Assembly (NCBI GenBank): GCA_028693085.1
Contig: JAQUWC010000003.1
Coordinates: 1-62,755 of the forward strand
Direction: 5' to 3'
Source: Bacteroidales bacterium
Lineage (GTDB): Bacteria > Bacteroidota > Bacteroidia > Bacteroidales > WCHB1-69
DNA length: 62,755 nt
Of this stretch, positions 16,645-27,300 are shown piece after piece. Both the position numbers and the translations under genes were made by a program. Position 1 is the first letter of the stretch, and the number at the start of each line of letters is the position of its first letter. Under the pieces are notes generated by a model, which made no database searches, was not told the origin of the DNA, and was given only the letters and a program-made list of their open reading frames with translations.

Positions 16645-18678
16645 ATGTTCACAGAAGAAATGAAAAAATATACTGTCATATTAAATTTGGTATGCTTATT
16701 CGCAGTACAGAATATTTATGCGCAACATATTCAAATTAATTGTTTGCAAGTAAATGATTCAGCCGATGTAATTATTTATTTTGAAACTATAACTATTCCG
16801 GATACTTATCAAGTTGAAATATATACTTCATTAGACTATACAGGTCCTTATGTTTTGCTTGCTACAATTACAGACAGTAATGTAGATACTTTTTTACACG
16901 AAAATGCAAATGCTCACTTGCAGCAAAATTTTTATTATCTCAAAGCCGTTTCATCCGATGGGAACCCTAGTTTACCTATATATTTTTCAGATACCTTAGA
17001 AAATATATATGTAGTATTAGATAATCAAGGAAGCGGAATTGCGTATCTTTATTGGCAACCGTTTTCTACGTTTACTTCCTTGGATAGTTTTTTTGTGGAC
17101 AGAAAAACAGAGGATGTTTGGATGTTGTTAAGTACGTTACACACCACATCTTATGACGATACAATTACATTTTGTGGTAAAACTACTTATTATCGTATAC
17201 GTTATGATATTGGTAGAGCTTGTGAATGCATCACCTATGCTGTATCGGATTTTTTTACGGATGTTATTGCACCTGAAATGCCACGCTTGGATACAGTGAG
17301 CATCAATCAACATACTCAAAAAACAGAAATGGGGTGGGAGCCAAGTAAATCAGAAGACACCTACGGCTACATAGTGTATATTTTCAAAGATGGGATTTGG
17401 AAAACCATAGATACATTGTATGGAGCTGAAAATACTTTTTATATCGATAATGAGAATTCCGCTATCAATAATTCACAATCCTATCGCATTGCTGCTATTG
17501 ATACATGTTTGAATGCTAGCCCATTAGGAGACTTGCACAATACTTTATTGCTCTCACGGACATTTGAAAAGTGTGATAGTATAGTTTCTTTAAGTTGGAA
17601 TACTTACCAAAATATGCCCGAAGGCATTGATTCTTTTCGTGTTTATGCCTCTTCAAATCAAGGAGCTTTTCACATCATTGCCACAGTTACTGGAAATAAA
17701 AATGCTTATGATTATAAACATGTAAATACAGCAAACGATTATCGTTTTTTTGTCCAAGCAGTAAATAAAAAATTACATTTTACAGCCTCCTCCAATATAG
17801 TGGAAGTAGCTTTTAATCGCAATATTGCCAATGGAAAAGTGGATATGCGTTATGTGACTGTAATAGATAATTCCTATATAGAAATTGCTGCTTCTGTTGA
17901 TGATACTGTGTTCTTTAATGATATATATGTTTATAAAAGTGTTGATAATGCTAAAAGTTTTACATTATTAACGAAACAAAAAAAATCAAATGCTATTGAA
18001 ACCTATGTGTTTGAAGATAAAAATGTAAATGTTGAGCGCTTAAACTATTATTATTATTTTAGTTTGACAGATGAATGTGATATGGAATATGTCTGTTCCG
18101 ATACAGCTGCTAATATAGTATTAACGGCCATAGAAGAGAAAATAGGTTATAATTCAATGAATTGGACTGAATATCCTTGGTTTATATCTGGTTTAGACGG
18201 GTATAATATATATAGAAAAACATCTTCTGATAATGAATTTAGCCTACTTACGTTTGTTTCACCCGTAGAAAACACCTGTGATGATTATGTATGGGATTTA
18301 ACGGATGTGGGAGGAGTTTTTTATTATAAAATTGCTGCCATTGCTTTAAAACAATCTCCTTTTCAGGATCAAAGTATATCAAATACAATCAAAATCACAA
18401 AAGAACCTTTTGTTTTCATTCCCAATGCATTTGCTCCGGAAGGTATCAATAAAATTTTCAAACCTGTTTGTTTAAATATAAATGAAAATACCTATGAATT
18501 TAAGGTATATAATCGATGGGGTAGTTTATTATTTAGTACCAACGATCTTAATGAAGGATGGGATGGAACCTATAACAAGCAAGCAGCCCCCCAAGGTATA
18601 TATACTTATGTAGTAAGTTATGCTTTGGAAGAGGAAGAGAGGATTGTTAAACGTGGAACCTTTTTATTGTTAAGGTAA
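16645..18678 (+). CDS. T9SS type B sorting-domain (gliding-motility-associated C-terminal domain) surface protein with Ig/FN3-like repeats
   Basis: 677 aa with a signal peptide. The C-terminus (IPNAFAPEG..KIFKPV...YEFKVYNRWGSLLFSTNDLNEGWDGTYNKQAAPQGIYTYVV) is the typical CHU_C/type B CTD signature. Confidence 0.85.
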   Translation: MFTEEMKKYTVILNLVCLFAVQNIYAQHIQINCLQVNDSADVIIYFETITIPDTYQVEIYTSLDYTGPYVLLATITDSNVDTFLHENANAHLQQNFYYLKAVSSDGNPSLPIYFSDTLENIYVVLDNQGSGIAYLYWQPFSTFTSLDSFFVDRKTEDVWMLLSTLHTTSYDDTITFCGKTTYYRIRYDIGRACECITYAVSDFFTDVIAPEMPRLDTVSINQHTQKTEMGWEPSKSEDTYGYIVYIFKDGIWKTIDTLYGAENTFYIDNENSAINNSQSYRIAAIDTCLNASPLGDLHNTLLLSRTFEKCDSIVSLSWNTYQNMPEGIDSFRVYASSNQGAFHIIATVTGNKNAYDYKHVNTANDYRFFVQAVNKKLHFTASSNIVEVAFNRNIANGKVDMRYVTVIDNSYIEIAASVDDTVFFNDIYVYKSVDNAKSFTLLTKQKKSNAIETYVFEDKNVNVERLNYYYYFSLTDECDMEYVCSDTAANIVLTAIEEKIGYNSMNWTEYPWFISGLDGYNIYRKTSSDNEFSLLTFVSPVENTCDDYVWDLTDVGGVFYYKIAAIALKQSPFQDQSISNTIKITKEPFVFIPNAFAPEGINKIFKPVCLNINENTYEFKVYNRWGSLLFSTNDLNEGWDGTYNKQAAPQGIYTYVVSYALEEEERIVKRGTFLLLR

Positions 18679-18698
18679 ATACAGTACATACATGTAAT

Positions 18699-19739
18699 TT
18701 ATCTTCTGATTTTTTTGTGGTTTAAAGCTTGTTGATATTTTCGAGCGTTAATAGCGTGTTGATGAGCGCTTACAGCGAAATTATGATAGCCTGAAAAGTC
18801 TTCTTTAGCACACATATAAAGATAATTATGTTTTTCATAGTTGAGAACGGCATCTATACTTGAAGTTTCGGGTATACGTATAGGCCCCGGAGGTAATCCC
18901 GGATATTTATAGGTGTTGTAAGGGGAATCAATTTCTAAGTCTTTTAGAAGTAAGCGTTTGATTGACGGATCACCCAATGCAAATTTTACGCTTGGATCAG
19001 CTTGAAGCAACATACCTTTTTTCAAACGGTTGATGTAAACGCCGGCTATGCGTACTTGCTCATCTTTTCTATAGTTTTCTTCTTCAACAATAGAGGCTAA
19101 TATGGAAACTTCAAGGGGACTTAATCCAATTTTCTGTGCTTTCTGACGTCGTTGATCCGTCCAAAAATTCTGATATTCTTTAAACATTCGTTGCATAAAA
19201 GCAGTATCGGATATATTCCAAAATATATGATAAGTATTGGGAATAAACATGCACAAAATAGTCTCTGTCGTAAAATTATAATTAGCTGTAAATGTATCGT
19301 CGTTTAATAAAGCCATGAGGTGGAGAGAATCGATTTCTAATTGGGAAGCAATTTTATGTGCCAATTGATTTTTAGTTCGGATGTTATTAAAGATGAAATG
19401 GACTTCATCCTGATTACCTGCGCGAATTTTGTTTATTAAATCATTATTGCTCATAGTGTTTGATAACTTATATCGACCGGGATGAAGGCGAGCCTCTAAC
19501 TTTTTGTATTTTGCTAAAAGTAGAAAACTATTGAGATCTTTTAAAATGCCTTGTTCTTCGAGTAGGTTAGTAAATGAGGCGTAAGTCGTGTTTGAAGGAA
19601 TGTATAGATATGTAGGAGCTTTAGGGTGTATGTTGGGATAGAAGAATTTTTTATAATATACATAAGCAAAACAAGCAGTTGCGGTAAGCAATATAATAAC
19701 AATGGCTAAAAGTATTAGTAAGCGTTTTTTAGATTTCAT
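18699..19739 (-). CDS. mltG: endolytic murein transglycosylase MltG (YceG-like)
   Basis: 346 aa. It has an N-terminal TM helix and the YceG motif region LASIVEEENYRKDEQVRIAGVYINRLKKGMLLQADPSV. Confidence 0.9.
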   Translation of the reverse strand: MKSKKRLLILLAIVIILLTATACFAYVYYKKFFYPNIHPKAPTYLYIPSNTTYASFTNLLEEQGILKDLNSFLLLAKYKKLEARLHPGRYKLSNTMSNNDLINKIRAGNQDEVHFIFNNIRTKNQLAHKIASQLEIDSLHLMALLNDDTFTANYNFTTETILCMFIPNTYHIFWNISDTAFMQRMFKEYQNFWTDQRRQKAQKIGLSPLEVSILASIVEEENYRKDEQVRIAGVYINRLKKGMLLQADPSVKFALGDPSIKRLLLKDLEIDSPYNTYKYPGLPPGPIRIPETSSIDAVLNYEKHNYLYMCAKEDFSGYHNFAVSAHQHAINARKYQQALNHKKIRR

Positions 19740-20269
19740 TAAACTTTGTCATTAGGATTTATTAATTGAAAAAAAAGTTCATCGTAGTAATTGTTGTCTT
19801 TCAGTCGCCAATTTTTCAAACATCCTGTTTGGATAAAATTGTGTTTCTTAAATAATTCTATGCTCATAATGTTGTTGCTGCTAATACCACAAAACAACTG
19901 ATGCAATTGTAAAGTAGAGAAGGCATAATGAATCAATACCGATAGAGCATCCGAAGCATAGCCTTTTTTACGATATGTTTTTGTAATTAAGATGCCAACA
20001 CCGGCGCGCTTGTGAATTGGATTGAAATCGTATAGATCAATAGCGCCTACTAATTTTTTACTGTCATTTTCGGCTATTATCAAACGTAATTGTTTAGTAG
20101 CATATATATCGCGTGTTGAGGATTCTATGACATATTGTTCTAAAGCAAAACGCGAAAAGGGCATTAACGTATCGCTCAAGTGCCAAATATCCGGTTCGTT
20201 TTCAAGCTCATATAGCATGTCAACGTCATTTAATTCAACGGCACGTAAAAATATCTTTTGTCCTTTCAT
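19739..20269 (-). CDS. GNAT N-acetyltransferase, RimJ/RimL-like
   Basis: 176 aa. The motif YRKKGYASDAL and the overall layout match Acetyltransf_3-type proteins. Confidence 0.8.
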   Translation of the reverse strand: MKGQKIFLRAVELNDVDMLYELENEPDIWHLSDTLMPFSRFALEQYVIESSTRDIYATKQLRLIIAENDSKKLVGAIDLYDFNPIHKRAGVGILITKTYRKKGYASDALSVLIHYAFSTLQLHQLFCGISSNNIMSIELFKKHNFIQTGCLKNWRLKDNNYYDELFFQLINPNDKV

Positions 20270-20289
20270 AGGCGAAATTTTTGTATGAT

Positions 20290-22860
20290 TTACCAGTCAT
20301 CGTCCATTTCAATTTCCGATGATTGTGTTTTATAATCATTCAAATCCTTGTCTTTTCTCTTATTAATGATAGTGTCTTGTTTGAAAATAGTATTAAACTC
20401 TTTTTTTTGATCTTTAATTTGTTCCTTAACATTGCTTTTACTTTGTTTTCTATCCCATTTAAAGTGAGGGTTATCTAAATCTCCGTTTGCGCTAATATGT
20501 ATGTAATTATTTCCCGTTCCGTCATCCACAACCTCACCGAAGTCATCTTTGTTTTTTCTATTAGATCGAAATTTATTGGCTAACAAATCATTTAATTTCA
20601 TTTTTATTTTATAATCTATTTGGCCATCGAAAGTTTGTGTGCCAGACAAAGATAGATTTAAGGCGTTGTTGTTAATATCCATTTCAGGAATAGTAATGGT
20701 TTGATTTTTTATAAGAATACGGTTTTCGAGTTTTGCAAACCGTATATTGCGTAAGTCCTCTAATTCGACAAATTTAGATAAGGATTCCAAAGGTTGAAAA
20801 TGGATTAATTGTCCATTTTCAACGCTAATATAGGCTATTACATCCACACTTTCAGCGCGAATGTTCAAATTGTCATTTGTTGTGGCTTTGAAAAGAATGT
20901 TAGTTGAAGCTATGCCTCTGATATGTTCATCGGTAATTCCTGATTCAGATTGACCAAAATTGTTGAAAGCATAAAATAATTTTTGTACATTTGCATCCTT
21001 GATTTTTGCATTACAGTATAAAGCATATTGATTGTTCTTTATTTTTTGTGCATATCCAGAAGTATATATCTTCCCTCCGAAAGCATTTAGTGTCAAATTG
21101 TTGACGTTAAGGATTTCGTTTTTCCATTCAGCTTTACCTTCTATTTGTTGACTTTCGAAATTATCAAAAACAAATTTATTGATATGCAAGTCTAAAGTTA
21201 AATCAATACGCTTTGGAAATGTTAATGTAAATGACTCCTGTTTTTTATTACTTTGAGTATTTGTTTGATTTTCATCTGAGAAGAATTGATTTACATTAAC
21301 ATAAGGAGAAGAAACATCCGCTACAATGTGCATGTTTTCTTGATTAGTAAATAGATAGTCGAAAAAATGATATATGTTTCCATTAAGTAAAAATTTATTG
21401 TTATTAATGGACCCATTTAAATCGATCAAACGGATTGATTGATTGGAAATATCAAGTGTGCCATTTAATTCATTAAAAGCGGTTTCTCCTTGTGCCAATT
21501 GAATAAACACATCTTTTAATGTAATACGACCGTTAATTTCAGCGGTGCGTAATTCGGCGGTAGTGAAGTTATCACTTGAAGAAAATTGATTTTTGAAATG
21601 CAAATCAATAGAAGATGCTCCTTTAGTTTTATAGATATAATTTTCAGGCATAAAGCTTTGCCAATCTTCGAGGTTTACCTCTGAAACCAAATGGAAACAT
21701 AGTAAGGGAGACACAAAGTTTTTGATATAAATATTTCCATTGAGTGTTTTGTTTTTGATTAAAGCTGAAAATTCTTTAATATCTAAAATCCCGTTTTGTT
21801 TAATATCGATATTGCCTGCTTCGAACGTTCCATTTAATTTGATTTGAGATAAACTGATGTCACTTTCTATGTTTTTAATGCTTCCTTTGTTAAGGGAAAA
21901 GCTAGCTTTTGTTTGAAATGAAGGAGTCTGTCCTGTTGCACCGCGGGCTGTTAGATCAAATGTTACATCGCCGGACGATTCATATTTTGAAAGTGTATGT
22001 TGAGTCGATGAGGGCATCTCCTTAAGTATATCTTTTAAGGGAAGTTTATTGCCTTTTAAGTGTATGGAATAGTTTATGTGATTTTTCTTCTGGGTAAGTA
22101 ATATGTCGCTAACAAATTGATAATTATCGATGCGTATTTTGCCATTTTTTAATTGATATGCTTGTTTTTTTTGATCAATATGAATATTACTTGCAATATT
22201 TAAATGTCTTTGAGAGATATGGATAGTACTGTTGAGTCTAAACTCTTGCAGTTTGCATTCGGTTTGCAATTGCATGTCGAAAATTTGTTCGGAAAAATTA
22301 CCTTTGGCTCCGAATTTATTTACCCAAAGCATAAGTTTGGTGTTTTGTTTTATATTATTATATTTAATGCTAACATCTTGTAATTTGATGGTCTTTAAAT
22401 GAATGGAGAATTCATTGGTTGTGCTGTCTTGAATTTGAAAGATATCCCAGTTATTTGTGTTGTCAGAAAAAGTTTTTAATTGTAAATTTGCCTGATTGAT
22501 TTCAATACGTTTTAATTTGTAGTTTGATCTTAAAACATCTATAATGTTAAATTGCAGAAAAATATATTTGGCAGTAAGAAGATCTTCGGTGTCATTATAT
22601 CCCTTTACTTTCAAATTGTTTATTTGCAAAGATGCTAAAGGGAATTTACGTAATAAGCTAAAAGAGATGTCTTTATGTTTTACTTCTGTTTTAACAGATT
22701 TATAAAGTTCTTTTAAAACAACATCGGCAATTTTGTCTTCAAAAATAAAAGCCGAAACGATAGCGGTTAAGATGAAGAAAAAAACAACACAGGAAAGTAT
22801 CAAACACCATTTTTTCAATTGATATTTTTGCTTAAACGAATTATTTTTTGTTTCATTCAT
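20290..22860 (-). CDS. AsmA/TamB-like family outer-membrane biogenesis protein
   Basis: 856 aa. It has a single N-terminal TM helix (WCLILSCVVFFFILTAIVSAFIF) followed by a long beta-rich body, the typical size and layout of Bacteroidota AsmA-family proteins. Confidence 0.7.
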   Translation of the reverse strand: MNETKNNSFKQKYQLKKWCLILSCVVFFFILTAIVSAFIFEDKIADVVLKELYKSVKTEVKHKDISFSLLRKFPLASLQINNLKVKGYNDTEDLLTAKYIFLQFNIIDVLRSNYKLKRIEINQANLQLKTFSDNTNNWDIFQIQDSTTNEFSIHLKTIKLQDVSIKYNNIKQNTKLMLWVNKFGAKGNFSEQIFDMQLQTECKLQEFRLNSTIHISQRHLNIASNIHIDQKKQAYQLKNGKIRIDNYQFVSDILLTQKKNHINYSIHLKGNKLPLKDILKEMPSSTQHTLSKYESSGDVTFDLTARGATGQTPSFQTKASFSLNKGSIKNIESDISLSQIKLNGTFEAGNIDIKQNGILDIKEFSALIKNKTLNGNIYIKNFVSPLLCFHLVSEVNLEDWQSFMPENYIYKTKGASSIDLHFKNQFSSSDNFTTAELRTAEINGRITLKDVFIQLAQGETAFNELNGTLDISNQSIRLIDLNGSINNNKFLLNGNIYHFFDYLFTNQENMHIVADVSSPYVNVNQFFSDENQTNTQSNKKQESFTLTFPKRIDLTLDLHINKFVFDNFESQQIEGKAEWKNEILNVNNLTLNAFGGKIYTSGYAQKIKNNQYALYCNAKIKDANVQKLFYAFNNFGQSESGITDEHIRGIASTNILFKATTNDNLNIRAESVDVIAYISVENGQLIHFQPLESLSKFVELEDLRNIRFAKLENRILIKNQTITIPEMDINNNALNLSLSGTQTFDGQIDYKIKMKLNDLLANKFRSNRKNKDDFGEVVDDGTGNNYIHISANGDLDNPHFKWDRKQSKSNVKEQIKDQKKEFNTIFKQDTIINKRKDKDLNDYKTQSSEIEMDDDW

Positions 22861-22877
22861 TATCGATATGAAATGTA

Positions 22878-24221
22878 TTATGAATTAAAGAAGTGTTCAA
22901 ACTTCATGCCATCAAAATTGCCGGAGCTCATCATTAAAAGATTTTTGTTTTGCCAATCTAAGGATTTTAAGAAATCAAAAAGCGTTTGAGCGTTTTGAAA
23001 AACTTGGAGCTTGGGATTGGCAAAGGCATTAAATACAATATCTTCCGATAAAAGAGGCAGTTTCTTTAATGCTATTGCATGAGGATTAAAATACACTATA
23101 GGTAAGTCGGCTTTATCCATAGAGTGAGCATATTGTTTTAAAAATTCAGCTGTTAAGCTACTAAATGTATGGAGTTCTACACAGGCTACCAGTTGTCGGT
23201 TGGGGAATTTTTCCTTTACGGCTGCAATGCTTGCCTTTAATTTTGAAGGAGCGTGAGCGAAATCCTTATACAATGTTTTTTCATGGTCATCATAAACAAC
23301 CTCCAATCGTTTGGAGGCTCCTTTAAAGGATTGAATGGCTGAATAAAAGCTATAGTTGCTAATACCTAATCGATTACATACACTATGTGCCGCTTCAATA
23401 TTCAATAAATTATGTTGTCCGAAAACTTGTAAAGTGTATTTTTCCCCTTCATCCACAATAATATATTGGCCTTTTTTCAGGATGAATTCAGGGAGGGTAT
23501 AAGGGATTTTATGTTTTCCGGTTGAGTTTTCAGCGATTTGTTTGCAATAGATATCCTCTTTACAATATATTAAGACTCCATCATCGGGTATCAGGTTAGC
23601 GAAAATCTGAAATTGTTCAAGATAATTTTCAAAGGTCGGGAAAACATTGATATGATCCCAGGCAATCCCGCTAATAACACCAATGGTTGGCTTATACACA
23701 TGAAATTTGGGTCGACGGTCAAGGGGAGAAGTTAAATACTCATCTCCTTCGATAAGGATATGAGATGCATCGGAAAGTTTGGTCATGACTTCAAATCCTT
23801 CTAGTTGCGCACCTATCATATAATCACAAGGGAAATTAACTTCATTCAACACATGTAGTATCATAGAGGTAATGCTTGTTTTCCCGTGGCTTCCTCCAAT
23901 AACAATACGGGTTTTGTTTTTTGATTGTTCGTAAATAAATTCAGGATAAGAATAGATTTTAATATTTAATTCTTTAGCTTTTATTAATTCAGGATTATCC
24001 GCACGTGCATGCATGCCTATAATAACGGCATCTAAATCGGAGTTTATACGAGAGGGATGCCAACCAATATCTTTCGGATATATGTTGTGTTTTTTCAAAC
24101 GTCCGGCAGCCGGTTCAAATATTTCATCGTCTGAACCACTGATTTCATCCCCTTTTATTTTAAGTGAAATAGCTAAATTGTGCATAGCACTGCCTCCGAT
24201 GGCTATAAAATGAATTTTCAT
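22878..24221 (-). CDS. mpl: UDP-N-acetylmuramate:L-alanyl-gamma-D-glutamyl-meso-DAP ligase (Mpl, Mur ligase family)
   Basis: It has a Mur ligase N-terminus (MKIHFIAIGGSAMHNLAISL...GSDDEIFEP) and a P-loop (GGSHGKTSITSMI). The start is placed at MKIHF (24221) rather than at the track start 24254. Confidence 0.75.
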   Translation of the reverse strand: MKIHFIAIGGSAMHNLAISLKIKGDEISGSDDEIFEPAAGRLKKHNIYPKDIGWHPSRINSDLDAVIIGMHARADNPELIKAKELNIKIYSYPEFIYEQSKNKTRIVIGGSHGKTSITSMILHVLNEVNFPCDYMIGAQLEGFEVMTKLSDASHILIEGDEYLTSPLDRRPKFHVYKPTIGVISGIAWDHINVFPTFENYLEQFQIFANLIPDDGVLIYCKEDIYCKQIAENSTGKHKIPYTLPEFILKKGQYIIVDEGEKYTLQVFGQHNLLNIEAAHSVCNRLGISNYSFYSAIQSFKGASKRLEVVYDDHEKTLYKDFAHAPSKLKASIAAVKEKFPNRQLVACVELHTFSSLTAEFLKQYAHSMDKADLPIVYFNPHAIALKKLPLLSEDIVFNAFANPKLQVFQNAQTLFDFLKSLDWQNKNLLMMSSGNFDGMKFEHFFNS

Positions 24222-24324
24222 ATAGTCGAATTTGTTTATATTCTTATACAGCAATTGAATATATTTATAAACGTCAATGCAAAAAAATCATTGTATTATT
24301 AATCATTTTTATATAAAAAAAGAA

Positions 24325-24332
24325 TATCTTTG
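24325..24332 (+). promoter_or_regulatory. candidate -7 box TATCTTTG for giant gene 1
   Basis: It matches TAnnTTTG and lies 47 nt upstream of the ATG at 24379. Confidence 0.5.
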
Positions 24333-24378
24333 CAAAATATTTAAATGTTTTTGAAGTAGAAATTATAATTATCTGAAA

Positions 24379-27300
24379 ATGAAAAAAGTGAGTTTATTTT
24401 TGTCTGTGATTTTGTTCATGACTATAGAATTAAAATCACAAATTATTATCGTAGAAAATGAAAATTTCGAAACCTATCTATCTACATGGACTGTTCAACC
24501 CACATACGCTTGGATGCCTAATACAAATTTGTATGTAAGCGGGAATCAGTCTTATGTGGGATTTGTTCCGGCACTTAATGGTGATTCGGTATTGTTTACA
24601 ACCCCTTTTTATAATTTGGTTAATTATTCGCAAGTCAAGCTTTATTTTAATCATATATGTAAGGTTAGCAACCAAGATTTGTGTCAAATAGAATATAGAG
24701 AAAATCATCAAAGTGCAGTTTGGAAACCTATTCCTGTTTCATCCTACGAAGGAAATGGAATATATAAACATATGCGCTTTCATGATTCATCCTACGTTGA
24801 ATGGAAAAATGATAGTCTGTTAGCGGTTCCTGATAACACATGGTGGAAACGTGAAGTTTTTGATATTTCCAATGAAGTATGCTTTGCTAATGTACAATTT
24901 CGGTTTAAAATAAAAAAAGGAAATACAACAGGCACCCATTTTTCCTCTGGATGGTTCATAGATGATTTTATCATTCAAGCTTCGGTTCACCCGATTGTGC
25001 CTCCTGAATTGTCGTTTATAACTACTTATCCTGATACTGTTTTTGAAACGGGACCTTTCCCTTTTATCGCCAAAATTAAGTCAAGAACCTTGGCTCCGCT
25101 TAATATACCCGTATTAAAGTATACATCTACATATAATCAGATAGTTACTCACGATTCCATTGTTATGACAGCTGTGGAAGGGGATTCCATTTGGAGCGCT
25201 ACTATACCACAACACGTATACGGTACAGAAATTCAATATTCTGTTTTTGCAGAAGATACAATGGGGAATAATGATTTCAGACAAGGGCATTTTCACATCA
25301 AACGTCTTCCTCCTTACGTCTTAAATTCCGTGGCATTGCATAAAATGGATGCTCCCGATACTGTAGAAAAGTATAATACTTTGATGCCCGTACTAGTTAC
25401 AATAAAAAATAAGGGATTAAATAATTTACAATCAGCTAATATACAATGGTCGGTAAATGGAATAACCCAAACATCCGTTAATTGGTCGGGGAATTTGCCA
25501 GATGGGTTTCAAGATCAAGTTGTTATTGGATCCTATTTGTCAGGAATGCATGGTACATATGATGAAATATGGGTGTGGGTAAAACTACCCAATGGGGTGA
25601 GTGACTCCATTCTGAATGACGATACATTGAAATTAAAAATTTATAATTGCAAAGAATTGTTTGATGGAGACTATATTATTGGACAAAATCCTTTATCGGA
25701 CTTTGCAACCATAAATCTTGCTTTACAGTCATTAAAAAATGCTGATTGCATCAGAGGAGATATTAGGTTTCAGTTAGCGTCAGGAACCTATACTGAGAAC
25801 ATTGATCTGACAAATTTCGCCAATTATTTGAATGGATATTCTCTGACATTAACCTCATTGGCTAATCATAAAGATAGTGTTGTTTTAAATGATACAGCAG
25901 GAACCTTAATTACCATTAATAACACAAATAATATTTATATAAACAGTCTAACGTTAGATGTTGCTCAAAGAGGAACTTATGCGATTGAATTTAAAGGAAG
26001 TGCAAACAATATAGAAATTCGGGATTGTAATATATATGCAAATCCTACGGCTGTTACAGAAGCTTACGCCGGAATAATGAAATCGGAAAACGTGAATGGC
26101 ATAGCAAACAATGTACGTATCATCCATAATGTGTTTGATGGAGGTTTTTTTAATGTTTTTATATTTGGGGGGAATCAAAATTCTTATGCAAATGGATATA
26201 AAATAGATGATAATTTATGTGTAAATGCTGAAAGTAGAGGTATTCATTTATGTTATTTTGAAGCTAGTAGTGTTTCAAATAACCAAATTTATTCTCGCAC
26301 TACAAAACCTAATAATAATTATTTTGTGTATAATTTGGTTTTAGTTTATGGAGTTGTTGATGAAGTAATAGGCAACAAATTAATGATTGATCGTCCTTTA
26401 TCAACTACTAATACGTATTGTCTATATTTATGGAATTTAAATACATCTGTACCTAATCGTGTATTAGTATCCAATAACGAAGTCCGTCTAATTGATAGTA
26501 GTTCGATTACGTATGGTGTTTATACACATACGGCTAAATATGATTTTTTACATAATTCTTTTTACATTCATTCAAAAGTAATTGGGGGTTTAGGCTTACA
26601 TGTTTATAATAGTACGGCTACTATTAATAACAACAGTATTCATTGTATCGGTATGTCTCCTATAGATTTTAGTAGTAGCAGTGTTATTTCAGATTATAAT
26701 AATTTAGTGGGAACAAATTTTCAATTAACGCAATTCAAGGCAAGCAAAGGAACAGATTCAAATTCAGTCAGTATAATACCTGCCTATATCAACGTATCCA
26801 ATAGCTTAGAACTATCCGATTATTCGTCGTTTACATGTCCGCGTTTGCCGAATGTAATATTTGATATAAATACCAATTACCGAACTTCAATAACAACCAT
26901 GGGGGCGTATTCCATCCCCATTTGGGAGGGTTATAACTTAGTGATGCATGCTTTAGTGAGTCCAAGTGTCTTAGAGTATGCAGCTTGTGATGTGCCGGCT
27001 GTATCGGATATCAGAGTAAGTGTTAGAAATAATGGAACCGAATTGATTGATTTCAGTAATACGCCCATGCAATTATCGGTGAAAGTCAATGGCGCAGTGA
27101 GTTTTCAAATAGATACTATTATAAGTTCGGGTTTATTGGCAATAGGAGCGAACGATACGTTTACCGTTACTTCTATGTTTCCAACTTCAGCTATCGGCAA
27201 TTATAATATCAGCGTTTATTTAACGTATGCTTTAGATACCCTACATTCAGATGACACATTGTATGCTGTTTATGTGGTAAGTAGAATCAACTTGCCTTAT

